A stretch of DNA of 64,000 bases from an uncultured Chloroflexia bacterium (GCA_963773695.1 CAVZCE010000004.1:391476-455475), one strand, 5' to 3'. Positions 20,057 through 29,121 are shown, numbered from the stretch's first letter. Program-made: numbers and translations. Notes: generated by a model not told the origin, from the letters alone.

Positions 20057-20914
20057 ATGGATCAGTCCGCGACAGTCGAGCGGCGGGACGAGGGCCGGTT
20101 GACGACCTCGCACGTCCAGGAGCCCGCGATCCACGTGCAGGGGCTGGAGAAGTCCTACAAGCAGCTGCAGGTGCTGCGCGGCGTCGACTTCGACGTGGCG
20201 CGGGGCCACATCTTCGCCCTGCTCGGCTCGAACGGGGCGGGCAAGACCACGATCGTGAACATCCTTTCGACGCTGCTCAAGGCCGATGCGGGAACCGCCA
20301 GCGTCAACGGCTTCGATGTCGCCACCCACGCTGCGAGCGTGCGGCAGTCGATCAGCCTCACCGGGCAGTTCGCGGCCGTCGACGAGATCCTCACCGGCCG
20401 GGAGAACCTGGTGCTGATCGCCCGCCTGCGGCACCTCGAGGGTCCGGGCACCGTCGCCGATGACCTGCTCGAGCGCTTCGGGCTGACCGAGGCGGGCGCG
20501 CGGAGAGTGTCGACGTATTCGGGTGGCATGCGCCGCCGCCTCGACATCGCCATGAGCCTCATCGGGGATCCGCCGGTCATCTTCCTCGACGAGCCGACGA
20601 ACGGCCTCGACCCCGAGGCGCGCATCGAGGTGTGGCAGGCCGTCAAGGAGCTCGCCGCCCAGGGCACGACGGTGCTGCTCACGACGCAGTACCTCGACGA
20701 GGCCGAACAGCTCGCCGACCGGATCGCGATCCTTCACGAGGGCCGGATCAACGTGAACGGCACCCTCGCCGAGCTCAGGCAGCTGCTCCCGCCCGCCAGG
20801 GTCGAATACGTCGAGAAGCAGCCGACCCTCGAGGACGTCTTCCTCGCCATCGTCGGCGACAGCGGCCGCGGCGTCGGTGACGCCACCGACAGCAGCAACG
20901 GCAAGGGGAAGTAG
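20057..20914 (+). CDS. ABC transporter ATP-binding protein (DrrA/ABC-2 exporter type)
   Basis: Walker A GSNGAGKTT, signature YSGGMRRRLD and Walker B IFLDEPTNGLD. Confidence 0.9.
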   Translation: MDQSATVERRDEGRLTTSHVQEPAIHVQGLEKSYKQLQVLRGVDFDVARGHIFALLGSNGAGKTTIVNILSTLLKADAGTASVNGFDVATHAASVRQSISLTGQFAAVDEILTGRENLVLIARLRHLEGPGTVADDLLERFGLTEAGARRVSTYSGGMRRRLDIAMSLIGDPPVIFLDEPTNGLDPEARIEVWQAVKELAAQGTTVLLTTQYLDEAEQLADRIAILHEGRINVNGTLAELRQLLPPARVEYVEKQPTLEDVFLAIVGDSGRGVGDATDSSNGKGK

Positions 20915-20923
20915 GGAACAACG

Positions 20924-21688
20924 ATGACCACGCACTTCTTCGGCGACGCCGCCGTCCTGACGGGACGATCCCTGCGCCATATCACGCGCAGCCTGGACAC
21001 CATCATCACGACCACGATCATGCCGATCGCCTTCATGCTGCTGTTCGTCTACGTGTTCGGCGGCGCAATCGACTCCGGGTCGGATTCGTACGTGACCTAC
21101 CTGCTGCCCGGCATCCTGCTCATCACGATCGCTTCGGGCATCTCCTACACCGCATTCCGGCTCTTCCTGGACATGAAGAGCGGCATCTTCGAGCGATTCC
21201 AGTCCATGCCGATCGCGCGGTCGTCCGTGCTGTGGGCGCACGTGCTGACCTCGCTGGTCGCCAATCTCGTCTCGCTCGCGGTCGTCGTGCTGGTCGCCCT
21301 GCTGATGGGGTTCCGCTCGCCGGCGGGCGTGCTGGCCTGGCTGGCGGTCGCCGGCATCCTCATCCTGTTCACGCTGGCGCTGACGTGGCTCGCCGTCATT
21401 CCCGGCCTCACGGCGAAGTCCGTGGACGGGGCGAGTGCATTCTCCTATCCGCTCATCTTCCTGCCGTTCATCAGCTCGGCGTTCGTGCCCACCGATACCA
21501 TGCCCGGCCCGGTGCGCGCCTTCGCCGAGCACCAGCCGGTGACGTCGATCGTCAATGCGATCCGCGACCTGTTCACGCAGCGGCCGGTCGGCGCCGACAT
21601 CTGGATCGCCCTCGCCTGGTGCGTCGGGATCCTCATCGTCGCGTACGTCCTCGCCATGGCCACCTACCGGCGCAGGATCGCGTCGTAG
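20924..21688 (+). CDS. ABC-2 type transporter permease
   Basis: 254-aa six-TM ORF immediately downstream of the ATPase, with an ABC-2 permease pattern (...FQSMPIARSSVLWAHVL...). Confidence 0.85.
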   Translation: MTTHFFGDAAVLTGRSLRHITRSLDTIITTTIMPIAFMLLFVYVFGGAIDSGSDSYVTYLLPGILLITIASGISYTAFRLFLDMKSGIFERFQSMPIARSSVLWAHVLTSLVANLVSLAVVVLVALLMGFRSPAGVLAWLAVAGILILFTLALTWLAVIPGLTAKSVDGASAFSYPLIFLPFISSAFVPTDTMPGPVRAFAEHQPVTSIVNAIRDLFTQRPVGADIWIALAWCVGILIVAYVLAMATYRRRIAS

Positions 21689-21789
21689 GGCGGCGACGGC
21701 GGTCAGCCGTGGCGGTCTTGCGGGCTGCGTCCTGGACGTCGCCCAGCCCTTGACGGTGCTGACGGCTCCCTAGACGTGCCGCTCGTTCA

Positions 21790-22056
21790 TCAGGCGGTCC
21801 GGCTCCCACCGCGCGACTGGACGAGCCGCACGACGAAGATGACGACGATGGCGCCGAACACGGCGACGATGAGGCTGGTCAGGTTGAAGCCCGTGACGTC
21901 GGCGACGCCGAGCACGGTCCCGGCGATGAAGCCGCCGACCACGGCGCCGACGATGCCGAGGACGATCGTCATGATGAGGCCCTCACCCCCGCCCATGATC
22001 AGGTTGGCGATGAAGCCGGCGAGCGCGCCGAGCACGATCCAGGCGATGATTCCCAT
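21790..22056 (-). CDS. GlsB/YeaQ/YmgE-family (transglycosylase-associated) small membrane protein
   Basis: MGIIAWIVLGALAGFIANLIMGG...IVLGIVGAVVGGFI. ATG at 22056 with AAGGAAG upstream. The longer track ORF start is rejected. Confidence 0.8.
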   Translation of the reverse strand: MGIIAWIVLGALAGFIANLIMGGGEGLIMTIVLGIVGAVVGGFIAGTVLGVADVTGFNLTSLIVAVFGAIVVIFVVRLVQSRGGSRTA

Positions 22057-22469
22057 GGGAGGTCTTCCTTTCGTATCGCGCCCATCCCGGACGGCGCACA
22101 GATAGCGGACCACAGCCGGGCTACGCTCCGGCCATCGCGCTGTGTGCAGTAGGCGCACCCGGCGGCGCCATGTCATGACGGCTCGTCATTCAGTGGGTGC
22201 CGGCAGTCGCCCTGGAGCTTGATCCCCAGGCCGCCTCATCGCGCCGAGCGACTGCCCGCGCAAGTGTGGGGCGCCCCTTGCGGCTCTCACCGCGAGCCGA
22301 TGGCCGCCGGGTGTCCAGATCGCGGTGCCGGGACGGTGACCGACGTCATGACGAGGCGGTCTCAGGCCCGCACACTGTCGCGGGGTCCCATGCGCGGGAC
22401 CCTGGCGGTCGCGCCACACGCACCCCGCGCGTCGACTTCCGGCCGCCCCGGTCCTCCCAGTTGAAGGAG

Positions 22470-22769
22470 ATGGCAGTGGGAACTGCAGAGCTGTCCACCA
22501 AGCGGTCGTTCACCACCGAGGAGGCGCGCTCGATCGCGACAGAGCTCGGGATCGACTTCGGTGCATTGGGTTGCGATCTCGAGCAGTTCCGCATGGGGCT
22601 CGGCGTAGAGCTCGAACATGGGACCCGAGACCCGGAGACCGACGTCAGCGGGAATGATCCGATCGTCACCGGGAAGATAGCGCTTGCCCACCTGACGGAG
22701 TTCCCGGACTACTACACCCGCCTCGCCATTCTGGAGCGCGACGCGGCCGCCGACCTGCAGAAGAAGTAG
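22470..22769 (+). CDS. small conserved hypothetical protein (start 22470 or GTG 22476)
   Basis: GAAGGAG lies directly upstream. The sequence AVGTAELSTKRSFTTEEARSIATELGIDF...LGVELEHGTRDPETDVSGNDPIVTGKIALAHLTEFPDYYTRLAILE has normal composition. The upstream part of the track ORF is shadow. Confidence 0.55.
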   Translation: MAVGTAELSTKRSFTTEEARSIATELGIDFGALGCDLEQFRMGLGVELEHGTRDPETDVSGNDPIVTGKIALAHLTEFPDYYTRLAILERDAAADLQKK

Positions 22770-22908
22770 CCCAGGCTCAGCGCGAGCAGCGCGGGTGGCG
22801 GTCATGGCCATGAGCTTCGGGCTGCTGGCCGCGATCTGACGACAGAGCGTGCGCCCAGCAAAGGTGCGGGGCGTGCGATCGACTGGCGCGACTCTCAACC
22901 CAGCCTTG

Positions 22909-23971
22909 TCATGAGATTGCTGGCGCTCGGCCAGAAGCAGGACGAGGGAGCGCCAATCGTGAATCGAGGCCGACGCGGGCGATCGTTCGTGACGGCCGAA
23001 ACACGATCCCGAACATGTACACCACGCTTAAGAGCGCGCCAAGCCCGGTCAGGTAGATGTCGGTCACGTGGGCCTTGGACACGATCGCCTGGCCCGACAG
23101 CAGGCTCGCCACCAGGAACAGAACCGGGAGGAAGGCGTTGCCGCCGAAGATGTCGCCGAAGGCCAGCTGGTAGTCGCCCATTCGAACGGAGGCGAGCCCC
23201 GTCGAGACCTCGGGCAGCGAGGTCGCCGCCGCAAGCACGGTGGACCCGAACAGGACGCCGCTCACATGAATCTGCGTGGCGATACCTTCGCCGCTGAGCT
23301 CGAGCAGGGCACCCGCTGCCAGGGTCACCGCCGCTCCGATGACGAACATGACAGCCGCGCTTGACGTGCTCACGCCGCGCTTCGCTGCCTGCTCCGCACG
23401 GGCCTTCTTCGAATGCCCGCGAGGTCGTTCCTGACCGTCAGGAGGCTGCCCCTGCGGTGCCAGGGCGACCCCTGCGGGCTGGATAAACGAGGAAGAGTCC
23501 CGCTACCAGACCATGAGCGATGAGCAGGGCGAGCCGGGTCGATCCGCCGCAGGCATGAGGCTCGATGGGAGCTGGCTACGCATCACCGTCACACTCAGGA
23601 CCGCCAGCCGCGACCGCAGCCTCGAGCAGCACGAGCAGCGAGGTCCCGCCGGCGGGTCTGAGGGCCGACGCTGCCAGGAAGTGCGACGGCGTACAGAAGC
23701 GACCGACACCACGGTCTGCAGGGCGATACCGCGCAGGATGTTTCCGACGGCGATGCCCACCTGATGGGTCAGGCGAAGCGCTGACCGCGATCGCGATCTC
23801 AGGCAGGTTGGTGACGACCGCGAGCAGGATGAGCCCACCGAAGGCCTCGCCGAGACAGAGCCTCGTATCGAGCACGTCGGTGGCCCGCGCCAGCCTGCTG
23901 CCGGCCATCCACACCGCCGCGCCAGCAGCCACGAAGATCGCGAGCAAAATGGGGAGCGGGAGCGCGTTCAT
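22909..23971 (-). pseudogene. Ca2+/cation antiporter (CaCA/YrbG-like) broken by at least two frameshifts
   Basis: The N-terminal alpha-repeat MNALPLPILLAIFVAAG...LGEAFGGLILLAVVTNLPEIAIAVSA is in ORF 23576..24025. The continuation ALRLTHQVGIAVGNILRGIALQTVV is in ORF 23503..23838. The second alpha-repeat GSTVLAAATSLPEVSTGLASV...GDIFGGNAFLPVLFL is in ORF 22909..23373. Confidence 0.6.
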
Positions 23972-24069
23972 GAGACCGACCTTGTCGCGAGTGCAGCACT
24001 CATGGGGTGCTCCTGCCGCGCCCACGCCACCCTCGCCGTGGAACGCTTCGGCTGACCGATGTGTGTGTC

Positions 24070-24144
24070 CTGGCTGGGGCGGAAGGATTCGAACCTTCGA
24101 TCTCCTGATCCAGAGTCAGGCGCCTTACCGCTTGGCCACGCCCC
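24070..24144 (-). tRNA. tRNA-Gln (anticodon CUG), C1-A72 mismatch
   Basis: The reverse complement folds as CGGGGCG-TG-GCCAAGCGGTAAGGC-G-CCTGA-CTCTGGA-TCAGG-AGATC-GAAGG-TTCGAAT-CCTTC-CGCCCCA-G-CCA. This is a full cloverleaf with T33 and anticodon CTG. Confidence 0.9.
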
Positions 24145-24173
24145 GAGCGGACGTCCCCGCGGCCTGCGTGGGG

Positions 24174-24215
24174 ATGAGTCAGATGCCCATCCGTTTCTGA
24201 GTGAGATGCCCATCC
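24174..24215. repeat. 19-nt direct repeat x2 (TGAGT(C/G)AGATGCCCATCCG, period 23 nt) upstream of tRNA-Gln-1
   Basis: Copies at 24174-24192 and 24197-24215 match at 18 of 19 positions. They are followed by the hairpin CATCCG-AAAAC-CGGATG. Confidence 0.6.
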
Positions 24216-24225
24216 GAAAACCGGA

Positions 24226-24285
24226 TGATTCTCGTGTATGGGGGCCGCGTGATCTTACCGGCCCCGCCCTGCCTCGGCAGGTTCG
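24226..24285 (-). promoter_or_regulatory. conserved about 60-nt block upstream of tRNA-Gln-1 (shared with tRNA-Gln-2), possible promoter
   Basis: GATTCTCGTG..GGGGGCCGCG..A.CTTACC.GGCCCCGCCCT.CCTCG.CAGGTTCGC recurs at 28245-28302. On the tRNA strand it contains TAAGAT / TAAGGT (-10-like). Confidence 0.4.
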
Positions 24286-24728
24286 CAGGGAGAGGCGCTC
24301 TCGCGTCCGCGCGAGCGCGCCGCCCGTCGAATCTGGAACAGTTCGCCACGCCCGTGACTCATAGGTGACATGGAGAGGGGGATGCCCATCGACGCCCGGC
24401 GACCGGCGGCCGAGGAGCGAGGCATGCTGACCGATGAGTTCGAGCTGCTCGGTCGGGCCGCTTCCATCTCGACCTTGTCCGACTTGCGCTCGGTGATGAG
24501 CGGTGACCATGCCCTAGGCCGAGGATGCGGTGCCCCCATCTCAACATCCGCCTCCTTCACCTGTTCCGCCGGTGTGTCGACCGCGGCCGCTCCTGGGGGA
24601 AATGCGTTAGCCGACCGCAGGAACCCCGAGCCGCAAGCTGGCAGCCGCCGCCTGGCGTGTCCGAACGGAAGCCAAATGGTTCTGTGCACCCTGCCACTAT
24701 CAGTCGAAGAGTCCGCAGCTAGTCGGCG

Positions 24729-24905
24729 CTAGGTGAGGTGAAGATCCACTCCCAGCAGGACGAGCGGCCACAGCAGCACCGCGAGGATCGCCGACAGGAT
24801 CGGCGTGACCGCGTTGAGCTGTGCGAAGAACGCGTGACCGGAGGCCACGATCAGGCCGATCACGACCCAGGCCACGGCAACGATGGATGAAAACCGGGAT
24901 CTCAT
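24729..24905 (-). CDS. 58-aa two-TM hypothetical membrane peptide (below the track threshold)
   Basis: My own translation: MRSRFSSIVAVAWVVIGLIVASGHAFFAQLNAVTPILSAILAVLLWPLVLLGVDLHLT-stop. The composition is clean and hydrophobic, unlike the overlapping listed ORF. Confidence 0.35.
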   Translation of the reverse strand: MRSRFSSIVAVAWVVIGLIVASGHAFFAQLNAVTPILSAILAVLLWPLVLLGVDLHLT

Positions 24906-24952
24906 GCCCGCTCCTCATTGAGTACTGCGCGATCGCCAGGTCTCAGAAGTCG

Positions 24953-25588
24953 CTAGGCGCGCGTTGCCGCAACTTTGTCTGCTGTGTCTGTGGTTTCGGT
25001 TTGGACATTTCCGGCCGCCGGCTCCTGTTCCGGCGTAGCCGACTCGGTCTCCAACAGATCGTCGAAGAGGGCGCGGTAATGCACCATCGCCTGGCGCAGG
25101 TCCTCCGTCTCGACGCCAGCGGTGGCGTGGCGCTCGGCGATGCTGTGGGCCGCGCGGTACTCCTCGAGCACGCGGGGGTGTCGACTACACGTCGGCCGCT
25201 CGCTGCCCGAAATCTGCCACCGGGAGCCGCGCGCCTGCATTACGTCCTGCACCGCCCTCGGCCCGAGATCGCCGCTGCTGGGTCGTCGACGAAGTGGGCC
25301 TGCCTCTCCTTCCAGCTCGCGAGGTACCGATCGCTCTCATCGGCCGACAGCGCCCGGAGCTCGAAGCCCTTGACCCGCTCCTGGCGGGCCTCGAGATCAC
25401 GCTCTGCCTCGCGTTGATCGCCCGCTGAATCGACCGTCCGCTGATACTCGGGTCCGTACTGCTTGTCGCCCGGTCTCTGCGTGGACCGCGACCAGGCGCT
25501 GGACCGTGATGAGCATCGCGACGACGAGAGGGAGATCGCCAGGTTTCCATGGCTCCTCCTTACGATGGGTGACGGGCCCAGTGTCCAC
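24953..25588 (-). pseudogene. conserved hypothetical protein (N-terminal TM plus RALSADE..YL..W...Q..FVDDP repeat family), about four frameshifts
   Basis: Pieces lie in three frames. They are MDTGPVTHRKEEPWKPGDLPLVVAMLITV; GDKQYGPEYQRTVDSAGDQREAERDLEARQERVKGFELRALSADESDRYLASWKERQAHFVDDPAAAI; AVQDVMQARG; LPVADFGQRAADV; and HPRVLEEYRAAHSIAERHATAGVETEDLRQAMVHYRALFDDLLE. Confidence 0.5.
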
Positions 25589-27464
25589 GGAGCGCTTCGA
25601 CGACCTCCGCGACGAGATCGAGAAGCGGCAAGGATCCGGTGCCGACCCTCGTGAGGAGCATCATCTGGCACGCCGGGCCGCAGCGTCCCCGAGCACCGCA
25701 CAGAGCGCGGCGCTGGGCGGTGGGCGCAGCCGCCCTCACGGTGGTGGTGGCCGCGGTCATCACCGCCGGGGCGCTCCAGCTCGTCCCCGCCGGACGCTCT
25801 TCCACGCCCCTCCCCGCGAGAAGAAAACGCCGAAGGAACCTGATCACTAGATGCTTCGGGCCGTGCAAAACACAAACCGAATCACTAGATGTTCAAGCTC
25901 CTTCGAGCACCGTTCCGTATCATCCTCGGACCCGAACTGTCTGAGGCTCCGTCAGCAGCCGACAGCCACGCGGCCGTGGCCAGGCGTGGACCAGGAGCCG
26001 GCGCCCTCCCGCCTACCCCGTGGGTCAGCGCCGGAGGCCACGCCCACCCCGCTCCCTGCGACTCGCGCGTCGCCCGATCGTGTTCGCCGGCGGGACAGGC
26101 TCGCCGCGGCTCCGTGGACGAGCCTGCATGGTCGGCGATCCCGGCGTCCTTACCGGCGTCAGCATGGATGCACCCGCCATGCAGGCACCTCGGGGACTGC
26201 GTCCGGCCGCGGCCCTCACGGGGTGCCGCTGAACGTGTCGAGTGGCCGGGCGAGTTCGTCTGGTAGCCGGCCGCGAACCACTTCTGGCGCTGGGCGGAGG
26301 AGCGTGGGCCAGGGTTCGGGGCGAGCAGGGCCCACCAACTCCTGTGGCCATCTCGCCGATCGTCCGACGCCCGTCGACACCGGATCGAATCGCCTTCGGC
26401 GAGCTACCCGATACCGGATCGCCGCTGCCCCGCCCAGACGCCCGGGTGGCGGTCGGCCTGCAGCTCGAGCCGACCGCTTGCTCCGGGCCCCTGGCTGTCC
26501 GCACGGAGCGCGCGATGCACGCCGACCGCATCGCTCCGGACTGGTGCCGTACTCGTGGGCGATCACGGACGCCGACGGCACTGGACGCGAAGGTGGCCCG
26601 GGACCTTCGAGAACCAGGGCTATTTCAACGACCTGGTCAGCCGGGCAGTAGAACGGCCCGGCCGCCGAGACGGCGAGCGCCGCAAGTGGTCTGGATCTGG
26701 TCGCTGAAGAAGCCGGTACTGGCGCAGGTCACGTACTGATGGCCCTCTGCGGCGAACTCGTCCTGCCCAGTAGGCGTCTGGATGCTCTTGACGTCCACCG
26801 ACGAGCCGGCGTCCTCCTCGGCGTTCGCATCGGCCCGGCTCATCGGCCGCGGGCGGGGCTGGCGGGCCCGGGGGATCGGAGTCCCGGCGATGTCTGGTCA
26901 ACGGTCCGCCGATGGTCTCGCCGGTCTGAGGGCTGCCGCCGAGGAGCACCTGGATGGCGAACGGCACCGCTCTTCCACACCGTCAGCGCCGAGGGCGCCC
27001 AGGTGAACTCGATCCTCGCCGGCAAGGACGGCATGCTGGCCATCGTCAGTGACGATCCAGAGCAGCCGCGGGACAGTCACGGCGGGTCTGGCGCGCCTGG
27101 CGTCTCCGATCCGACGGGCGCAGCTGGACCGACAAGGAAGAGGATCACCACGACGATGACGATCACGCCGATGATCCCGACGCGCTGCCCCTGTTCATCT
27201 CGGACTCCGTTCAGTGATGCCAGGGCCGATAGCCGTCGTGCCCGAAGATCGCGCCGAGCGTGGTCATCCGACGGGACGCACATGGTGAGCGTGTCTCGGC
27301 AAGCCTTGGCCGCGTCATGACGGTCAGTCATGAGGTCCCGCCGCGCCGCCGGAGGCGCGGCAGACCGTGAGGTGGGGATGGTCGCCGGGATCCTCGTTGC
27401 CAGGCCGGAGAAGGCAGATCCCCAGGGCGGCCCCGACTCGATGGCGCCTGGGTCTCCACCGACG

Positions 27465-27824
27465 GGATGAGCTGGGCGCACCGCGCGAGCCCCATGAGCC
27501 GCGCGGCATCGGTCATTCGCTGGTCGTAGATGACCATCGCGGGAGAGGCAGCCACCGATGCCCGGCGGAGAGGCGAGCCTCACGAGCGAGGCGCGGATCG
27601 AGACGATGCAGGCGGTCACCGGAGGGCTGGTCAGCCATCGGTTCGTTGGGGCGCGGACCAGCTAGCGCCTGGTTCGCCGATGCACCGCGCGCCAGGAGTC
27701 CGTGCGCAGCCTGGCGGACGAGCGACGGGCGCCCCGCTCGACAGGACCGATCGCAGCGCCTCGACTCCGGCTCGGTCACGGCCAGCTTGACGAACGCCGA
27801 GCTATCCAGGTAGAGGGCGCTCAA
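27465..27824 (-). pseudogene. PIN-domain toxin (VapC-like), multiple frameshifts
   Basis: A TTG start overlaps the antitoxin stop (ATTGA). The N-terminus is SALYLDSSAFVKLAVTEPES. The C-terminal piece MVIYDQRMTDAARLMGLA is in another frame (ORF 27328..27555). Confidence 0.6.
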
Positions 27825-28083
27825 TCGGTCCGTCCCTCTGCAACTCGCTCGGAAGGCGGCGCGGCCCCCGGCGGGCGGCGGACGGGTCGCAGCTCCAGCA
27901 GATCCCTCTCGGCCACGGACAGCGCTCGCGCTACGGCCACGCTGACCATGACCCTCGATCACGACCGCTACCGCGCGGGCCAGCCGATCGTGGTGACGAC
28001 CACGTTCGCCGCGGCTACCGGCCGCAGGATGGCGCTCGCCTGCTGTCGAAGCTCGCGGATCCGATACGCTCCATGTGCGACAT
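27821..28083 (-). pseudogene. Phd/YefM-like antitoxin, frameshift and premature stop
   Basis: M(SHM)ERIG is followed, in the +1 frame, by IRELRQQASAILRPVAAANVVVTTIGWPAR-stop. The tail ERDLLELRPVRRPPGAAPPSERVAEGRTD-stop ends in an overlap with the PIN start. Confidence 0.5.
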
Positions 28084-28159
28084 GGTAGCACATGTGGCCA
28101 CCAAACCCCGGACCAAGTGTCGCCACCATCGTGTCCGCGTGCACCGTATCTTGTGTCGT

Positions 28160-28233
28160 TGGCTGGCGCGCCAGGATTCGAACCTGGAACCTCCTGATCC
28201 AGAGTCAGGCGCCTACCGCTTGGCCACGCCCCA
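28160..28233 (-). tRNA. tRNA-Gln (anticodon CUG), chimeric: 5' half like tRNA-Gln-1, 3' half identical to tRNA-Gln-3; G4-G69 mismatch
   Basis: TGGGGCG-TG-GCCAAGCGGTAGGC-G-CCTGA-CTCTGGA-TCAGG-AGGTT-CCAGG-TTCGAAT-CCTGG-CGCGCCA-G-CCA. The acceptor 5' strand TGGGGCG does not pair at position 4 with the 3' strand CGCGCCA. The D-loop is one A shorter than in copy 1. Confidence 0.85.
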
Positions 28234-28244
28234 GCGACGTCCCC

Positions 28245-28302
28245 GATTCTCGTGAGGGGGCCGCGCGACCTTACCCGGCCCCGCCCTCCCTCGCAGGTTC
28301 GC
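28245..28302 (-). promoter_or_regulatory. second copy of the conserved tRNA-Gln upstream block
   Basis: See 24226-24285. Here the block lies 11 nt from the tRNA 5' end, versus 81 nt in copy 1. Confidence 0.4.
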
Positions 28303-28376
28303 GACAAAGCCTCTCGCATCCGCGGGTCTCGTTGAACCATTTGAACTGTGGAGTGGTATCCGCAACCAGCGCGCAT

Positions 28377-28867
28377 GTACCGCAGGAATCACGGGCGAAA
28401 TGTTCACGGCTGGAAAGGTCACCGAGCCCCCACGTCGGCAAGCCACCCCCGGCTCCTCGTGGTCGTCTCGGCCGTGGCGCTCCTGCTGGGGCTGCGGCTC
28501 TGGCGCCCGGCCGCGCACGGTAAGCTGTGGTACCAACGGCGACCCGGGCCCTGGTTGGCTTCGTTGTCATCCAGGTCGGGCGGCCCGTCGCATCCTTCGA
28601 CCATGCCATCCGCGGCAAGCCGGCGCCGCCCGCTACGTCGTGACGCACGAGGGGCAAGGGCCGATGGGGCGACCAGCGAGGACATCACGGCTCGCGGACC
28701 GCGACGCCGCCTTCTACGACGCCTACTACCACGACCCGCAGCTGCGGCTGCCGGCGGGGACCTGGCGGATCTCGGCCAAGAGCGGCTTCGGGATCGGCGG
28801 GACCGATTGCGGCAGCGGCGCGGACGCGAACCTGCGGGCCACGATCGTGGTGGTCGTGGAGCCGTGA
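28377..28867 (+). pseudogene. secreted/lipoprotein-like hypothetical, apparently frameshifted
   Basis: A signal-like segment HPRLLVVVSAVALLLGL is in one frame and ALVGFVVIQVGRPVASFDHAIRGKP in a second. The clean C-terminus ARYVVTHEGQGP...RDAAFYDAYYHDPQLRLPAGTWRISAKSGFGIGGTDCGSGADANLRATIVVVVEP-stop is in a third. Confidence 0.35.
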
Positions 28868-28919
28868 CGCGCCGGTCGTCGCGGCTGTTGCCGAGCGCCG
28901 GCGCGTCCGCCGACTTCGA

Positions 28920-29006
28920 TCAGCGGGGCGTCACCGTCGCGAGCCCCATGAGCCGCGCGGCATCGGTCATTCGCCGGTCGTAGGTGACGATCGCGTCGAT
29001 CAGTCC
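28920..29006 (-). pseudogene. orphan 3' fragment of a second PIN-domain gene
   Basis: ...GLIDAIVTYDRRMTDAARLMGLATVTPR-stop. The DNA at 28938-28995 matches 27484-27541 at 55 of 58 positions. Confidence 0.5.
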
Positions 29007-29121
29007 GCGGCCAAATGGCCACTGGTCCAGTCCGAACGGACCTAGCCGATGTGATCTCCCGCGTCCGACGATCCACCACCAGAGGGACGGCGCTGGGCGG
29101 TCCCCAGGGGAGCCATGATCG

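Noticed and set aside
25851-26640. Several 100-270-aa ORFs on both strands between the stress-protein pseudogene and the membrane-protein remnants.
   Set aside because: All are Arg/Pro/Gly/Ser-rich with no motifs. The short plausible stretches switch frames. I treated the region as non-coding or decayed.
22909-29121. Integrase/recombinase or transposase gene that would explain the tRNA-associated rearrangements.
   Set aside because: No frame on either strand shows tyrosine- or serine-recombinase or DDE-transposase motifs. The remnants I could read are transporter, toxin-antitoxin and hypothetical fragments only.
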